Positions 1 through 13,616 are shown, numbered from the whole stretch's first letter. The stretch is DNA of 62,292 bases, filler included, from Dimargaris cristalligena (GCA_003614675.1; 2 parts of 2 records of this genome joined end to end with filler, not necessarily neighbours in it); one strand, 5' to 3'. A program made the numbers and translations. Notes: a model not told the origin generated them from the letters alone.

Positions 1-2472
1 CCCCCCCAAATCCACCCGTTGAACACAGTCAATGTACAAGACCTCCAAGGCAAGCATTCTCAAGTGACATACTTGGTGAATCAGCAGGTTGTACTGGTGG
101 ATTTTGCGAACTTTTCACCAGGATCCTTTTAATATCTGCACCAAAGCGGTTGAAGCGTCATACTAAAATGGATCCAGCCATGCCTTTCACAAGCTCTGGC
201 CCGCTTTATGTAGCCGCCTTCCTCCAATATACGCCAAGCCACCTTCAGGTGGGCAGTTGACCAAGGCCCCTTACTGGGTCATCTTTGTAGCACGGCCTGG
301 GTATTCTAACCAATCTATGGTCCGGTGACCGGTAGTTTACCCCCGAATAGGTTTGGCAGGCTGCCTACTTCATACTGCCCATCAGTATATCCCCGTAATC
401 CAAATACCTACCAGGATGAGACGATTCCAAAATAAAAGGCGGCACCTAAAATATTTGATTAAGACAGCACCCCATAAATATGGCTATACTTTGGCTGTAT
501 ACGGCATCATTCAAGGTGTTGGCCAGAGCCAGTAGATATGCATGGAGTATTAAATGGCGTTTCGACGGCATTCACCTGGAAGCCTTAAATCCACCACAAA
601 CCCCATAAATTGGCCACTGCCGAGGTTCAAGAATTAAATTGGGAATTTAATCAGCCCCCAACTCTTCAGAACATCCGTAAAACTGACGAATATGGCGAGG
701 AATAACTATAGTAAGCAAGACCCTCGCTGGGGGGATAGCCTCTCGAACAGCAGTATTTCGCCTTCGCGAAGACATCTTCCGAAACGAGCTTGCAATTGAT
801 CTGGTATCCTTTCAGGCACCAGACCCACCCAGTAGTTGGCATGTGCCTTTCATGACCAGGACGAGCAATCAGTCGAAAAAATAGCGTGCATCTCCTGATG
901 TCGGCCAAACTGTTTGGTTGAGTGCCGTTGACCGCCATCCTTTGTGACGTTTTACGTCCCTTGTCTAATGAACATTATATTATTGACATGTCCCTCTGTG
1001 TCCCTTTAATTATCACTCGGTAGTTCGAGTCATTACTGCCTTGTATTCTTCCAGGGTATCCTGGATTTACCACAGCACGCCCTAATTGCGTCTTATTTCC
1101 AAACAACCACACCAATACTTTATAAAGAACGTCCTCGGTGGACGTTGAAAAATAACAACAATCGTCATTCCCAACAACCCACACCATCACCGTTCTAGTT
1201 TTTCTAATTGTTTCCTTATTTTTATCCATTATTTTCCTATACCTCGAATAAACTTTCGTTTTAACACCAACATCGACGTTGAACGAAGTGAGGTTCTTTC
1301 TAAACTCTTATATCGTTACATTCTTAAAGAATAACTATTGTAGGGAAACCTAAACGAGCAGGCAATGTAAAGTCAGGAGGTAGTGGTTGTCTCGTTTACA
1401 TGCGGTGAGTTCGCCCGCAGCATGCCTTCTATCCCCCCCCCACACATACTTTTTTTATTCTAACCGGATAGTTGTACCTTGACTTCTATGCTGACATAAC
1501 CCAGGCGGATGGCTAAAAGAAACGTATCGATGGATAAGTGGATTTAAGAGACAGTTGAACAACATATATCTTTAAGTCGAATAATACTCTCACTAAGTGA
1601 GTGTTGACGCCAAACTGGCTTACCAAGAGGTAGTAGGAACCGTGATTAGGGCACGTGTTGTGAAGCAATGCAGCCTATTCTCTAGTAGTGGAATATACAT
1701 CTACAATACACGTAGGCAGTGTGTTGAGGTAGGCTTGATAACCTGTATCCTATTAAAGTAGGAGGGGGGCTTATTCACCGATGAACGTCTACCATTTAGC
1801 ACTACTGTTGTAAACGGTATTTAACATCGTATTGGACATGCTTTGTTCTCCGGAAACTATCCAAGGAAAAGCAGGGGCACGGCGGGAGGCCCCTTAATTG
1901 AAAAAGTGGTACTGGTCTCGGAATTCTCCTCCAATCCAACTCAAGATAAGCGCCAAGATATACGCGGCTCAAATGGACTGGAAACACTTCTCGTAAGGGT
2001 AGAATGGTTTCCCCATCACTAATCCCAACTCCCCATAACACCGGCGTCACTGGCTCGGCTGCCGATTATTGTACAGCTACGTGGTTGTACCTCCTCTATT
2101 GTTTTTTTTAGACCCTCGGTTGATACTTCGAATGGCCTCTTGGCTCCAGTACCGGTCCTAAAATGTAGGAATCTTGGATAAGGCCTACAATGGCCCCCGT
2201 GTCCCTTTTCATTGGTCCTACTGGCTTGATTATGGAACCGCTACCTGTTATTTAGGCTTGGCAAAAGTAAGCACTGAGGGGAGCGGAGACAAAATAATAG
2301 CCATCCGCAGCGGTAGTAATATTACACACTCTCGTTTATCCTAGTCAACTAAGCGCAAGGATTCCGCTTCGAACTGGATTTACCCTTTGGAGGGACGGTT
2401 GGAAGGGGGGATGATAGCCCTATGCTCCTGTTGGGTTGGGGGATTTCAAGAGGAAGGGTGGGGATTATTCAC

Positions 2473-3470
2473 CCGGCTCTTCGGGGTCCAGGGGTGATTG
2501 GTGATTGACGAGCAGTTTATACATTCGATTAACGGCCTTCCTGGACCATGACATAAGTGATGCCCTGGCATTTATTAAAAACAACGGTACCATTTCCGCA
2601 CCAGAATACTATAAAATCACCAATATTGACAGATTTCCATCGTTTACCGCTATTTTATATGTAAAAACCATCACGTTCGGAGGAACCATGTTATAGGGGC
2701 ATACGTACATATATTTAGAGTGGGTAAGTACGGGCGCACCTACCAACAGGACAGTCTCCCCATGATCCATGGAAAGGTATTGTACCTGAACGTGGGCTTC
2801 TTCAACTAAAGAACGAAAATAGCTGGACATGAAATGGACCCACAACCTTTATTTCTAAGAGCTACTCACCATATTAGGGCAGATATTGATACCGGGACGG
2901 AGATCTCTGGTAACTCTTCGATCAACTCACCTTCCCCGCACCCCACATAGAGGGTTTTGGTGTTGGAACCAAGGTGTTCCTAGCAAATTTAATAGTGGCC
3001 TTTGCAAATGCTCAGGGCAAGCTGGCTGAGTTTAAAGTGGTGGTCAAGATTCCGGTTGTTGAATCTAAACCCTTGGGTCATTTTAGGAGCCAGAATTGAG
3101 CATATGGGGAGGTTGGGAAAGGGTGAGAAGACCAAGGGGTGGGAGGGAGTGTCAAGGTATTATAGGATAGGATAAGGCGTATTAATGTGAATATAGCTGT
3201 ATATATGGTGACTTGGGGCATACTCATTCATTGGCTCAAGGAACTAAGAAGGACGTATATTTTTGTAAATGAGCAAAATCCGGGATCTAGTAATAATATA
3301 CTAAAAAGTGGCTTAGCATACCACCGGCCCTTTCTTAATGCCCACCATCCAATTATTAAATCAACTAATATCGGCTGTAGGAGACGTATCCCGTAATAGC
3401 CCCATGAAGTGGCTAGGCGAGTTACCCCCAAGTGCTCGCCAAGTATTTGAGGGTCGACGGACCTGTCCGC
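2473..3470 (-). other. Candidate unannotated spliced transcript or orphan gene fragment (3 frame-consistent exons)
   Basis: Exons 3470-3322, 2846-2744 and 2608-2473 are bounded by AG and GT (donors gtatgc, gtaggt, gtgaat). They join into one open frame (ADRSVDPQ...RKGRW|LWVHF...ETVLL|YSGAEM...DPEEP). No homology recognised; start and end unresolved. Confidence 0.2.
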
Positions 3471-4751
3471 CTATAGCTGTGGACCACGTCAGTAATGCGG
3501 ATTTTCGTAAACCCATCCACCAAGCTCCAGTGAAGGGGAAATGCCTGGTCGAGGTTGAAACAGGAGGGGGGGGGTTCTCTGGTGGAAACACATACCGACC
3601 TCGAACATAGCTGGTTGCCACTAAATCAGTTTGCACACGCTTTGGATATCTGGCAGGTGGGTCGGGGGGTTAATATTGATGGCGTGCCAAGCCAGCTATT
3701 TAAACTTCAATCAACGGGGGCCATTCAGTTAATATGATTACTGCGATACATGTCTGGAGGAAATATGGGAGTTGCCCTTGAGGTGATGTGTAATTCGAGT
3801 ATGATGCCTCTGGGCATTGGGTATTACCCTAAACTGCTAGCTGGTACGTTACATTTGCCCAACTTGTTAAATATACCTACCAATAACTATCCAGTTGGGC
3901 GACAGTCAAAAGATCGCTCCTGCAAAATAAAACCATACAGACTGTAGTGAAACTGCCGACCGTTAGCACATGAATTTGAAACTTCGGGTCGATCCAATCG
4001 AATGATGTACCCGAATTTTAAATATACTAATGGATAAGGTTGATGTCGTAACCAGAAGACACCTTTAGGTTCATCAAATATTTATACATTGGTCATCAGA
4101 CTGCAGTTAAGACAGGAATAAAAAGAAGAGAACCGACTGGACAATATATGTGAATTAATGCACTGGAAAACCAAAGGGGAGGAAAGAGGGGGGGATGGAG
4201 TACGCGAGCATCGAATATTTGTTGGATAAAATATAAAAGGAATAATCAAGGAGGAAAAAAGTATCACCGTAGTAGCAGATGTAGGCGGATGGAAAGTACT
4301 ATAGTGGGGGGATGAAGTCGGGAAGAGAGACGGCTATAGTAATCGAAACTCTCGCAAACTAAGGATAGGTGGGATGAGTAGAAAAGGGGTAGGGAGGGGG
4401 GAATAAGTAAAGGCAAAGAACTTTAAAAAGGGAAACCAGCCAGCAGGTGTTACTTTTGCAATAAAAACGGAGCGTCCCAAAGCGAGAATATAGAGAGAAA
4501 TGATGGCAATTATAATCGAACGAATAATTATGAATAGTTAAAGGAAAAAAGGAAACGAAGCTAACAAGGTGTCGGTGGGGTTGATCGGATGGTCGCCCCC
4601 CTCCCTGTAAGCAGAGAACAAAGAAATAATCGATCGTAAACCGGCCGGTTAGATGTCCCTATTAGCCGGTACTGTACCCGGGATTCGATAGTCTAGGTAT
4701 GAGGAAGTGGAAAGCCATGTCCCAGTCGCATCAACTGTTACCAGTTCGCTA

Positions 4752-6636
4752 TTAGTGGTAAAGCTTGATGACCATCACCGTAATGTTATCCCGACTGAAG
4801 TTATCCAAGGCATATTTGGTAAGAATCTCACTGGCCTTTTGGGCATCGCTGGTATCCTTAATTAGGTTGACGGCCTTCTGGTCCGAACAGACATCCCACA
4901 GCTAATGGATGAGGCACCGTGGTGAAGCCAATATTGAAGGTATAGTGAATATAGACAGGTATGGCGAGTCCGCTGGTTAGTGAGGGCCGAGAGCTACAAT
5001 AAAATCTACAGGTCGATGGTTGCCTTGAAAGCAGTATTGTAAGGATGTATTAGGCCATTTTAGGGACCATAAGGCCCGGATCCAGCGAGAGAATTACCCT
5101 CACTACACCCGACAGTATAAGCGTAGAGTTTACACATCCAGGAATAGGTTAACTTACCCCATCACAGGCCATGATTAGGAACGAATCACCGGGCGTCAGT
5201 TCCGTTTCGGTAGTATACGGGTGACCTACCACGACGTCCTTCATACTAGTATCGCCCAAGGCCCGCGTAACCGCCAGCACGCCATTGACGCGGTTATTAA
5301 TCACAAACCCGCCCGCTTCGGAGATTCGACGAACCTCATGGGGGTCATCCCCCTTGTGGTCGTAGGTCAGGCGCACGGCCCGGCCGTTGCGCGCCAGAAC
5401 CCCCCGGGCATCGCCGACATTGGCCGTATATAAAGTCCACCGTCGGTGGGAATTCGGGGCAGTATGCGTAGAGTCTTTCGATGGTGAGGTCGATGACGCC
5501 GAGCCCAAACCCGACCGTGTCGGCGGCAGCAGCAGCTGTTGGGGGTTGAATTGCGTTTGGCCCGGTAACGGCGTTGATGGTGGTACGAGGGCCTCGGACG
5601 CGGGTGGTGAAGGCGGGGGCTGAAGTTCCAGATAGGCTACCACGGCGGTACAGCCCGAGTGCGAATCCAAATCGGTCGATATCCGCTGGTCTGCTTCTAA
5701 AAAGGTGTAGTGGAGGAGTTCGGGGATCACCGTATCGGCCCGAACCACGGGGGCTCCTCCCCGGTGCTGGGGATCCCACGGAAGGGCAGCAGCAGCAGTG
5801 GTGATAGTGGTAGTGGTATTAGTTGGGGAGGATCGGCTCGGACTCACATCGGGCAGGCTGGGCGGTGAAACGGGTAGAGCGGAGGCTGGCGGGGGGGACA
5901 ACTGGGGCTGATTGGTACTATGATCGGCCTGCCTCAGCATTTTCATGGCCGACGCCGCCATTGGTAGCTTCAAGGTAAAGCCCGGGCCGGACGCCACGGT
6001 TTGGCGCTGGGCTTTCCGCTGGGCCAACTGGGCAAGGAAGAGTTCATGGAAATGCAGTCCGCACCATTCAGCGGCCTGTTTACCGGCATGGCCATCAAAA
6101 ATGGTGAAAAACCCCTGGCCGGCGGTATTATCGAAATTGTAAAAGAACGAATGGGAATCCTCCATGGTGCGACGACAGCGGCGGTTACGGTCGGAGGCGA
6201 TGCCGACCCGGAAGGTACCGGACTGGCCGGTGTTTTTGGGGGGTGTATCGGATAGACTGACGGGGGCCGCGGGGGATGGTAGAATGGCGTGGACCAGCGG
6301 GGAGCTGGTGGAGGTGGTGGAGGTGGTAGTGTTAATGGGCGGGGGAATGCTGGCGCGGACGAGGGAGGCGGACGGTTTGCGGAGGACCGTTTTGAAGCAG
6401 CCGTCATGGTCGCGTAAAGGGGCCGTCGTGGGTGGGGGGCGGGAGTCATCATCTGGGGGAGTAGTGGCCGTCCCCTGCGAAGCGGCGGGTGGGCATGCGG
6501 GATGGCTTGCCGTAGTGGCGGGCGGAGTGGTGGGGTCGGGGCTACCCGCTAGCGGTGGCGAGGCCGGTATTGTGGCCGCCATGGTGCGGGGGGAGGCCGA
6601 GTCCATGGTCGGCGAGGGCAGCTGGTTGTGGGCCAT
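4752..6636 (-). CDS. PTC1: Protein phosphatase 2C (Ptc1-like), 2 exons (6636-5158, 4901-4752), about 542 aa
   Basis: PP2C motifs RRTMED, DGHAG, GCTA, NVGDAR, DHK, LAVTRALGD, ACDG|LWD and DNITV. Intron 5157-4902 is GTAAGT...TAG and joins ACDG to LWDV in frame. Confidence 0.92.
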
Positions 6637-7816
6637 GGAAGGAAAATCTCTGTAGGCAAAGTGCTGTAGGATGCGGTAAGGAACTAAAAGTGATAAAAGG
6701 AGCAGCGTGGACCACCAAATAGAACCGGAAACGGAAAAAGTCCCGGATGTGGTGTAGATTGGGATGGCTTGACCAGCGGGGAGAGAAGCGTACGGGAAGT
6801 ACTTAATGCGGGGGTACTGAAGGTAAATAGAGAGGACAATAGTACAGCGGCTGTCGGCTGGCTAGATGAGTACGGTTACAGAGGAAAACAGAGTAGAGTA
6901 GAGTAGATAAAGAAAGGGTTGGAGGGGTACAAGGAAAGGGAAAGTCGGTTTGTCAGGTCTTCCGTAAGTCCCTGGAATAAGGCGACAATATGCCTTGGCA
7001 AATAGTGGCAGCCTTTATGACCCGCGAGCTGTATGCGGCGCAAACAATGGGAAACGGGGCTCAATAGCCCGGGAATTAGTATTTAGGTATAAGCGGGTTC
7101 GCCATGCCCATCATTAATCGTCTGGCCCACCCTTATCAATGGAGTTAGATACCGGGGAGAATCCGTCAATAGACAAGTGCTCGCCGACCTTCAGCATTCG
7201 ACTCTCAACTTTCGATAAAGGGCCTCGCTGTGCAATGAATGATCCTGGCGATATCGGCTTGCGAGTAGTGACAGTCCCCGGCCCCAATATCCCCTCAGCC
7301 CCTCCCCTCACCTTAGTCGTCACGTGGCGGTCAGTGGATTGCACCAGGGAAATCCATCACTGGGCAGGCAGACGACTGCTTACGATTATCGACTGACGAT
7401 TACGAGATCCGTAGTAGCAATATATATTTATATATATATATATATAACCAGGCAGCAGCCAACTAGCTTGCTTGCGGGGCTCGCATAGAAATAGACTCGT
7501 GTGGAGGAGGGTTTCCGTCCTCATGGCTTTGCTTGGTTGTGGAGTGTGACGGTGCCCGTTTTAGAGGGTTTAATTGCTCTGCATCAGTCAGTGACGTATA
7601 TAGATTGGTTCAACAAAGGGCGGTTTCCCATCACCCGGAGCCCCTGCCTGCTTATTAACCACTCTGTGTCCCAACCCCCAGCCGTACCCGCACGCTTCAA
7701 AGGCCCCAGCCAGGTCTTACGTCCAGTGTGTACTACTCTCCTTACGCATTTATTCGATAGTCGTCGTTGAATTCCACCTCTCCTTCCCTCTCTCCTTCAA
7801 CGAACCGGTCTTCGCC

Positions 7817-9370
7817 ATGCTGCGCCCCCTCCTCTCCGGTGTACTCCGTCGCACCGTCCCCACCTATTCCCGGGTGCCTCACATTGCTGGGTTGGCCACC
7901 CTCCCGTTCCGACCATCCGCTGCGACCCACGCCCAAGCGAATGTGCTGGACCAGGCCGAACGTGTGCGCCGTTCGGTACTCTACGGTACGTCACCCATCA
8001 CCACCGCTTACCTCTCCCTTCTCCTCCTAGTGAACACCGCGATTATCTTTTAATAGCTCCCCACTACTGAGCGTCAATTCACCGTCCCCTGGTGCTTGGT
8101 TGTTTACTAATATCCTACCCGGAATACTAACCAAATTCGGCCACTGTGTTTTTTGGCTGCCCTTTTCCCACCCCCTCTCTCATACGCACACACACACACA
8201 CACACACACACACGCGCGGTCTTTACCTTTATTACCACCCTCTCATTGAACACCAGTACCGGGCAGCGAAGAAAGCAAAATCAAGAAATCCCTTACGTCG
8301 CCCGCCGACTGTATCGTGTATGATTTAGAAGACAGCGTTGCCCCCAACCGCAAAGGAGCCGCCCGCGAACTGGTCTTCGATGCCCTAAAACTCAAATCCG
8401 AGACGGGCCCGGAGCTGGCGGTCCGTATCAACGCCGTCGGGTCCGGTATCGAATTCGACGACCTCAACGTCATTCTGCAATCGCCGCACCTCGATACCAT
8501 TCTGATCCCCAAGGTCCAGTCCGCCCGCGATATTGACTTTGTCTGCCGACTCATTGAGCTCATCGGTCACGAACGTAGCCAACCGCATGTGCGGATTATC
8601 GCTTCCATTGAAAATGCCCTGGGTATTTTGAGTTTAAAGGAAATTGCCACGGCTAGCCCGCAGCGAGTGGACGCCCTGTTGTTTGCGGCGGAAGACTTTT
8701 GTGCGGATATGGGCCTGCACCGCTCACCGGCCAAAACCGAAATGCTGTACGCCCGCTCGGCAGTGGCGACAACTGCCCATGCCTATGGGCTGCAGGCGAT
8801 TGATTTGGTAAGTGGGACTGATCAGGTGCTAAGCGCACTGGATCACGGATATAAGGAAATTCCTGCTTAATACGAATCATCTCCCCTTCTTCGAATTGGG
8901 AAGAACTATATGAAGGAAGGGGGAATGGGATGGGATGGGATGGCATTTCTTTGGTGTACTACTGCTATTATTCCAAATCCACCTAGCCTACCCATGCTTT
9001 AATTCCAGCTATCATAACCTTGCCTATTCCCTAATTGACTGGCCACCCCCCCCCCACAAAATAGGTATGTATGGACTTCCGCAATCCCGAAGTTCTGGTC
9101 AAAGAGTGTGTCAATGGGCGGGACATGGGTTTCACCGGCAAACAGGCCATCCACCCCAACCAAATTGAAACCATCCAAAATACCTTCATGCCCAGCGAAG
9201 ACCAGATTCAGCGCGCCAAGAAAATCATCGCCGGTTACGAGATTTCCGAACGGGAGGGAAAGGGCGCGTATGGATTGGACGGACTGGCCATTGACCTGCC
9301 TGTTTATAAATGGGCCCTGAAGATTATGCAGCGAGCTGGCACTCCCCATATCCATGCCGGCTCCCATTAA
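7817..9370 (+). CDS. Citrate lyase beta-like (CitE/CLYBL, HpcH/HpaI aldolase family), probably mitochondrial; exons 7817-7985, 8257-8807, 9065-9370; 341 aa
   Basis: Spliced product has RRSVLYVPGS, YDLEDSV, VRIN, IPKV, IENALG, FAAEDF, QAIDLVC, GFTGKQAIHPNQI and IDLP. The N-terminus is Arg-rich and free of acidic residues, like a presequence. Confidence 0.92.
8187..8212. repeat. (CA)n microsatellite in intron 1 of the CitE-like gene
   Basis: Direct inspection. Confidence 0.9.
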
Positions 9371-10514
9371 GTATTAAGTGGGGGGCCGTCTTCCTTGTCT
9401 TCCTTTTTTGATTTACTGGGAACTGTGACTTTTATGTCTGATGAGGCTGTTGTGTGGCAATACGATGGTCACAGTTAAGATCTCTCAGTAGAAAGTCGCA
9501 TTCGCCCGGCTTCGAGTGCTTGAAGGAAGAAACCTTTGGGTCACATACCACTGTACGTTTTCGTTTTATTTTTGACTGTGATTTCCTGCCCTTGTTATAT
9601 GACCCACCACCTCCCGATTAACGAGCGGGTATCTCATTAAATCCCATTTGTAGCATATAACCCATTCCCTCACCGCCTCATTTATTAGATTCCCGGAAGG
9701 TGGGCGGGCTATTTATAGTGGGGCTTGCAATGGCTGGCTTTGAATTGGCACATGCCCCATGTCTGGTCATTAAATTTATATATAAATGCCGACAGTGTAA
9801 GAGTAAAGCAAACTTGGTCTTACGATTAGGCAATTAAATTCCGAACAGTATGTTTTCTTTTAAAAAATAGCTACATACTATCCCAACAACATTAAATTAA
9901 TAGCGTCGTCCATTTTTAGCATTATCCTCTGAGAGAGTAACAGGGCTCCAATTAACAAGAGTTGTCAACACCCCAGACGGCCGGGTTGAATAGTAAACTT
10001 TCGCCCATCCATTGTGTTGGTCGAGGAATTCCAAGTCTTTAGGAAAACAGAATTCGTGATCTATGAATAGCCCAAGCTCACCACCAATAGTAGTGGTTAG
10101 GCCGCCCAAAGAATTCTACGATCGTTCCTACTTCCCTTATTTTCACATTTGACTATGTTATTCACCCTCCCCCGCCTAGTCTCCCCTCTCCTCCCCCGTC
10201 GAATTAGGCCTATTGCCCGAGTTATTCTTATCCAGTGTAGAATATCGACGGTGTATATTTGGGCAAGTTAATAGTAAAGGTATACTAGTAGCCCCTTTTA
10301 TTATCCATCGGGCCTGATCAAGCCGCACTTGGCTGACGGAAAGGTTGGGTCGCGAATATAAAGGGTAGGGAGAGACTTGTGCTACTTTGGGGATATTCGA
10401 GAAATTAGAATAGTAGTAATTCGACGGAAATGGCCATGGTATTTCCTCCGCTTTATCTCCCATTTGAACCCGTCCTCTCTCCCTCCCCAGTGCCTTTGCC
10501 TCCAAATGCTGCCT

Positions 10515-10522
10515 TATAAATA
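10515..10522 (+). promoter_or_regulatory. Putative TATA box (TATAAATA) of the secreted orphan gene
   Basis: Consensus TATAAATA about 170 nt upstream of ATG 10692. Confidence 0.45.
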
Positions 10523-10691
10523 GACAAGGTTACGGAAATAAAGACCATCACTTCGATTTATATTTAAATGAGTGTTGACTATCGCTATTATCCCAACTAG
10601 TTGTCGTAATTACCCACCGTAGATTCCCTTTAACCATATTATAGTGCCGAGTACTCGCGAACTCCCCCCCCTCCCCTCCATCATATTTGCA

Positions 10692-11531
10692 ATGAAACTA
10701 GCCAACTTCCCGTTATCGGTCATGGTCCTCGGTTGGACCGTCCAATTTGTCTTTGGAAGTGGGGATACCGTCGACGTGTCACCCATTTACGAAAGTAACA
10801 CGGGCCCACCCCTTATCAGTATAAATCCTCCGAGTTCAACTTCGTCGGTCAGCTCTGTGTCTAAATCGGGAATATATAGTGACTATCCCTACGGGAGTGG
10901 TGGTAATGGGGATAGCAGCGACGACGACACAATGGTGGGTAGCGCACCCCCCGGAGGTAACCGCCGCCTGGTCTCCCCCCAGCGTACCATCCCACGCCTA
11001 CAAGGTGGCAAGTACCAAACCCCCCGGCCCCCGCTGAATCTCAACGGCGATGACTGCTACAATCTCCACTTTCCCGGTAAGCAATACCCCGTTCCTCGCG
11101 AATTTTGGAGCTACCTCAACCCCGCGTATCTCACTAAAATCGACCCCAAACGCAACCGCGACCCGGTGCGGTTTAAGCGAGAGGTTATGGACATGCTCGT
11201 GGCGGTGTTTCGGGCGTTCAGTAAGAGTAAGAAGCGGGGCCAGGTGCTCAGGCGCGATGTCATAACCCCCGGCGTATTGGCGGACACGACGAAACAGCGG
11301 TACGTGGTACTCCTGTCCCGCTCAAATGGCCGTAGTAGGGGTCAGAGTAGTGGTGGGGCTGAGAGTTCGACCCAAGGGGACGTCCTCCAAGTGGTTGGGG
11401 TGGAGGTCATTCCCCCCCAATGGTATCTGAACAAACAGGTGTTCTACATTGAGTTGAGCCCAGAATTGGAGCACCACCAGGCGGCGGTCCAAGTTCTTGA
11501 GTTTTGCTTTAGGCCCAGTCAGTTGACTTAG
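10692..11531 (+). CDS. Intronless secreted hypothetical protein, 279 aa
   Basis: First ATG of the 10644-11531 ORF gives a signal-peptide-like N-terminus (MKLANFPLSVMVLGWTVQFVFG). A Ser/Gly/Asp-rich linker and a globular-looking C-terminal half follow. No family recognised. Confidence 0.75.
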   Translation: MKLANFPLSVMVLGWTVQFVFGSGDTVDVSPIYESNTGPPLISINPPSSTSSVSSVSKSGIYSDYPYGSGGNGDSSDDDTMVGSAPPGGNRRLVSPQRTIPRLQGGKYQTPRPPLNLNGDDCYNLHFPGKQYPVPREFWSYLNPAYLTKIDPKRNRDPVRFKREVMDMLVAVFRAFSKSKKRGQVLRRDVITPGVLADTTKQRYVVLLSRSNGRSRGQSSGGAESSTQGDVLQVVGVEVIPPQWYLNKQVFYIELSPELEHHQAAVQVLEFCFRPSQLT

Positions 11532-13616
11532 AAAACCGGCCTTTTTTTTCCACTGCTCAGCCTTGTTACTTTATATCCCCACCTGGCTCTTAATCGGCGA
11601 TCTATTTCGTCTTCATTACTCTACTTTTTCTGCCAAAACGTGCCTTTATTTTGGCAGGGCCCCCATTTGGAATAGAGAGGTTCTATAAACATTATTGCTT
11701 TCTTACCTTGTCCTGTCTCATTTATAAACCTGTGCACATTTGTATTTCCAATCGAATATATGATATATATTGGGGGCGATAAAAAAAATATTCATGCGTC
11801 AGTGTTAAGTGTCTCGGCCGCTCAAATATTGACCAACCGCTTCCTAATATTAGTAAACAGGTGACATTTTTAGGTGGAGATTTATAACCAATAAATGGCT
11901 GAAGCAGTTCGGATCAGACAAAGCCTAGGGCAAGGACTGCAACCATCGAAAGCGCAACAGAGTGTGGCAAATTATTCACATTTATATAGCAGTCGGCCTA
12001 CATGTTCTGTTCGGGGGAAGAAAAACAGAGCCCAAGAAGGCGTATAGCTGGATATATGATGGAATTTCCTACTAAACCCCCTCCATCTACGGTGTCTAGT
12101 CCCATACTACACCAGCCTCGTTTTTGCTTATTTTTCTAACAGCAATGTCCACCGCGCGTGACTGGGGGAGAGGCGCTTGGGTCAGAAATAAGGCAGTAGT
12201 GGGCAAGGGAAACGGGAAGGAAGAGGGAACAATAGAATAGGAGGGACTTCTGAGCAGCTACTTATGGGCCGAAGTTCCCGATGATAGTCCCGAACCCAAT
12301 TCCGGGATTTTAATTGTTGTCCGCTTCGGGTAATCGTAGTAGTTAGTCGTAGTCGTAGTAATAGTATAGCCAGAGTCCCCCGGCCTGCAAAAGAAGGAGC
12401 ACCTTTCGGACTTACCTTTGTCTGTAGTTCCGCCCAATACTTTCGTATTTGTCGTTCTTCCTTCCGTTATCATTGCAGAGGAAGGATGGTCGCTTGGCCT
12501 CTCATTAGCCAGGGAGAGAAACGATAGGTTTGGAGAGGCTAATTCCCTTCTCCCTTCCCTCATGGTGAGTGCCCTGTGTCGTCGTCGGCTGGAGATTGGG
12601 TCGAATCCCCTCCTCGTTAGTCTCTTGACCTTGAGGATTAGCAAGCGTAGGTTGGTGTGTAGAGAGGTAGGTAGGTGGTAGGCGTGGTGCTGTGTTTCGG
12701 CAGAACCAGGCGGTCTCAGCAGCCACTCCTACTGATATATACTGCCGCCGTCACATTAGGGTTATACGCCTCATTAATATGGAGCCGGGGGCGGCGTCTC
12801 TTGAGCCGCTTAAACAACGAACGTCTCTGGGGCATATACGCTACTCATTCTTCTCCAGCTTTGAAGTAAAAGTAGCCAGCATACATTAGGGGGGGTGTAT
12901 ATATGCTCTTCATGAACTTGGCTTACTCTCTCCTCACCACCCTTAGGGACCTCCCCCTCTCTCTCTCCCCTTTATTAGCTGGGTGGGGTAGCATTGCGTG
13001 GCCCCCACTATAATTCTAGGTGTATGCGCATATTCCCAATACTCTGTTCCTTCTGGCACTTAAGCCCCCTCATAAGCTGACCTCGTTTCCCTGTTTCTCC
13101 TTCATACTCTCTTTCTCTCTCACCTTCTCTTGTATGCTTTACCTTACCTTACCATACTTTCCTTTCCTCTATTTCTACTCTCATTGACTATTAGGTGGAG
13201 TTTGCCTTCTCGTCTATTTTATTCTCAATTCCCCCTGGGCATCCGAGTTGGTGACCTCCTTGTCAGTTATATTATATTAGCGGTTGGCCTTGTGCTGTGG
13301 TCTGCTGCAGCGCCGGTTATGCTACTTTCCCACCCGCCGGTTCAATAGAGAGAGTCCCTTCGCATTGAGACTACTTTTCTACCAAGTGAACCCCTCCCGC
13401 TCCTCCCTTCTTTCGCTTCCGTGGTGTACTTTGCTATTCTCTTGGCCTATTTTTTCCCCAGCTTATCCTCCTCCTCTCTCTCTCTATCTCTACTTTATAT
13501 CCCCTCTGGCTTTTCTTCCGTCCTACCTAAGCGTACGACCCGGCCCACTACTGCCATTACTTCTCTACTCCACTTCATTCCTTGTCCCTTCTATTCCTCC
13601 CTTAGCATATCTCAAC

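Noticed and set aside
1-1300. Possible decayed retroelement or gene (ORFs 353-535, 666-938, 975-1229)
   Set aside because: No convincing RT, RNase H or integrase motif; all frames are interrupted.
3596-3920. Splice junction creating an in-frame TGA followed by YVRG (selenoprotein F-like idea)
   Set aside because: The context lacks a CxU motif, no SECIS was recognised, and other acceptors avoid the TGA.
12258-12726. 128-aa and overlapping ORFs upstream of SSH4
   Set aside because: No family features and non-ATG starts; likely promoter or leader sequence.
13284-13616. N-terminal extension of the 757-aa ORF
   Set aside because: Non-ATG start in a CT-rich 5' leader; ATG 13617 gives the expected Ssh4 architecture.
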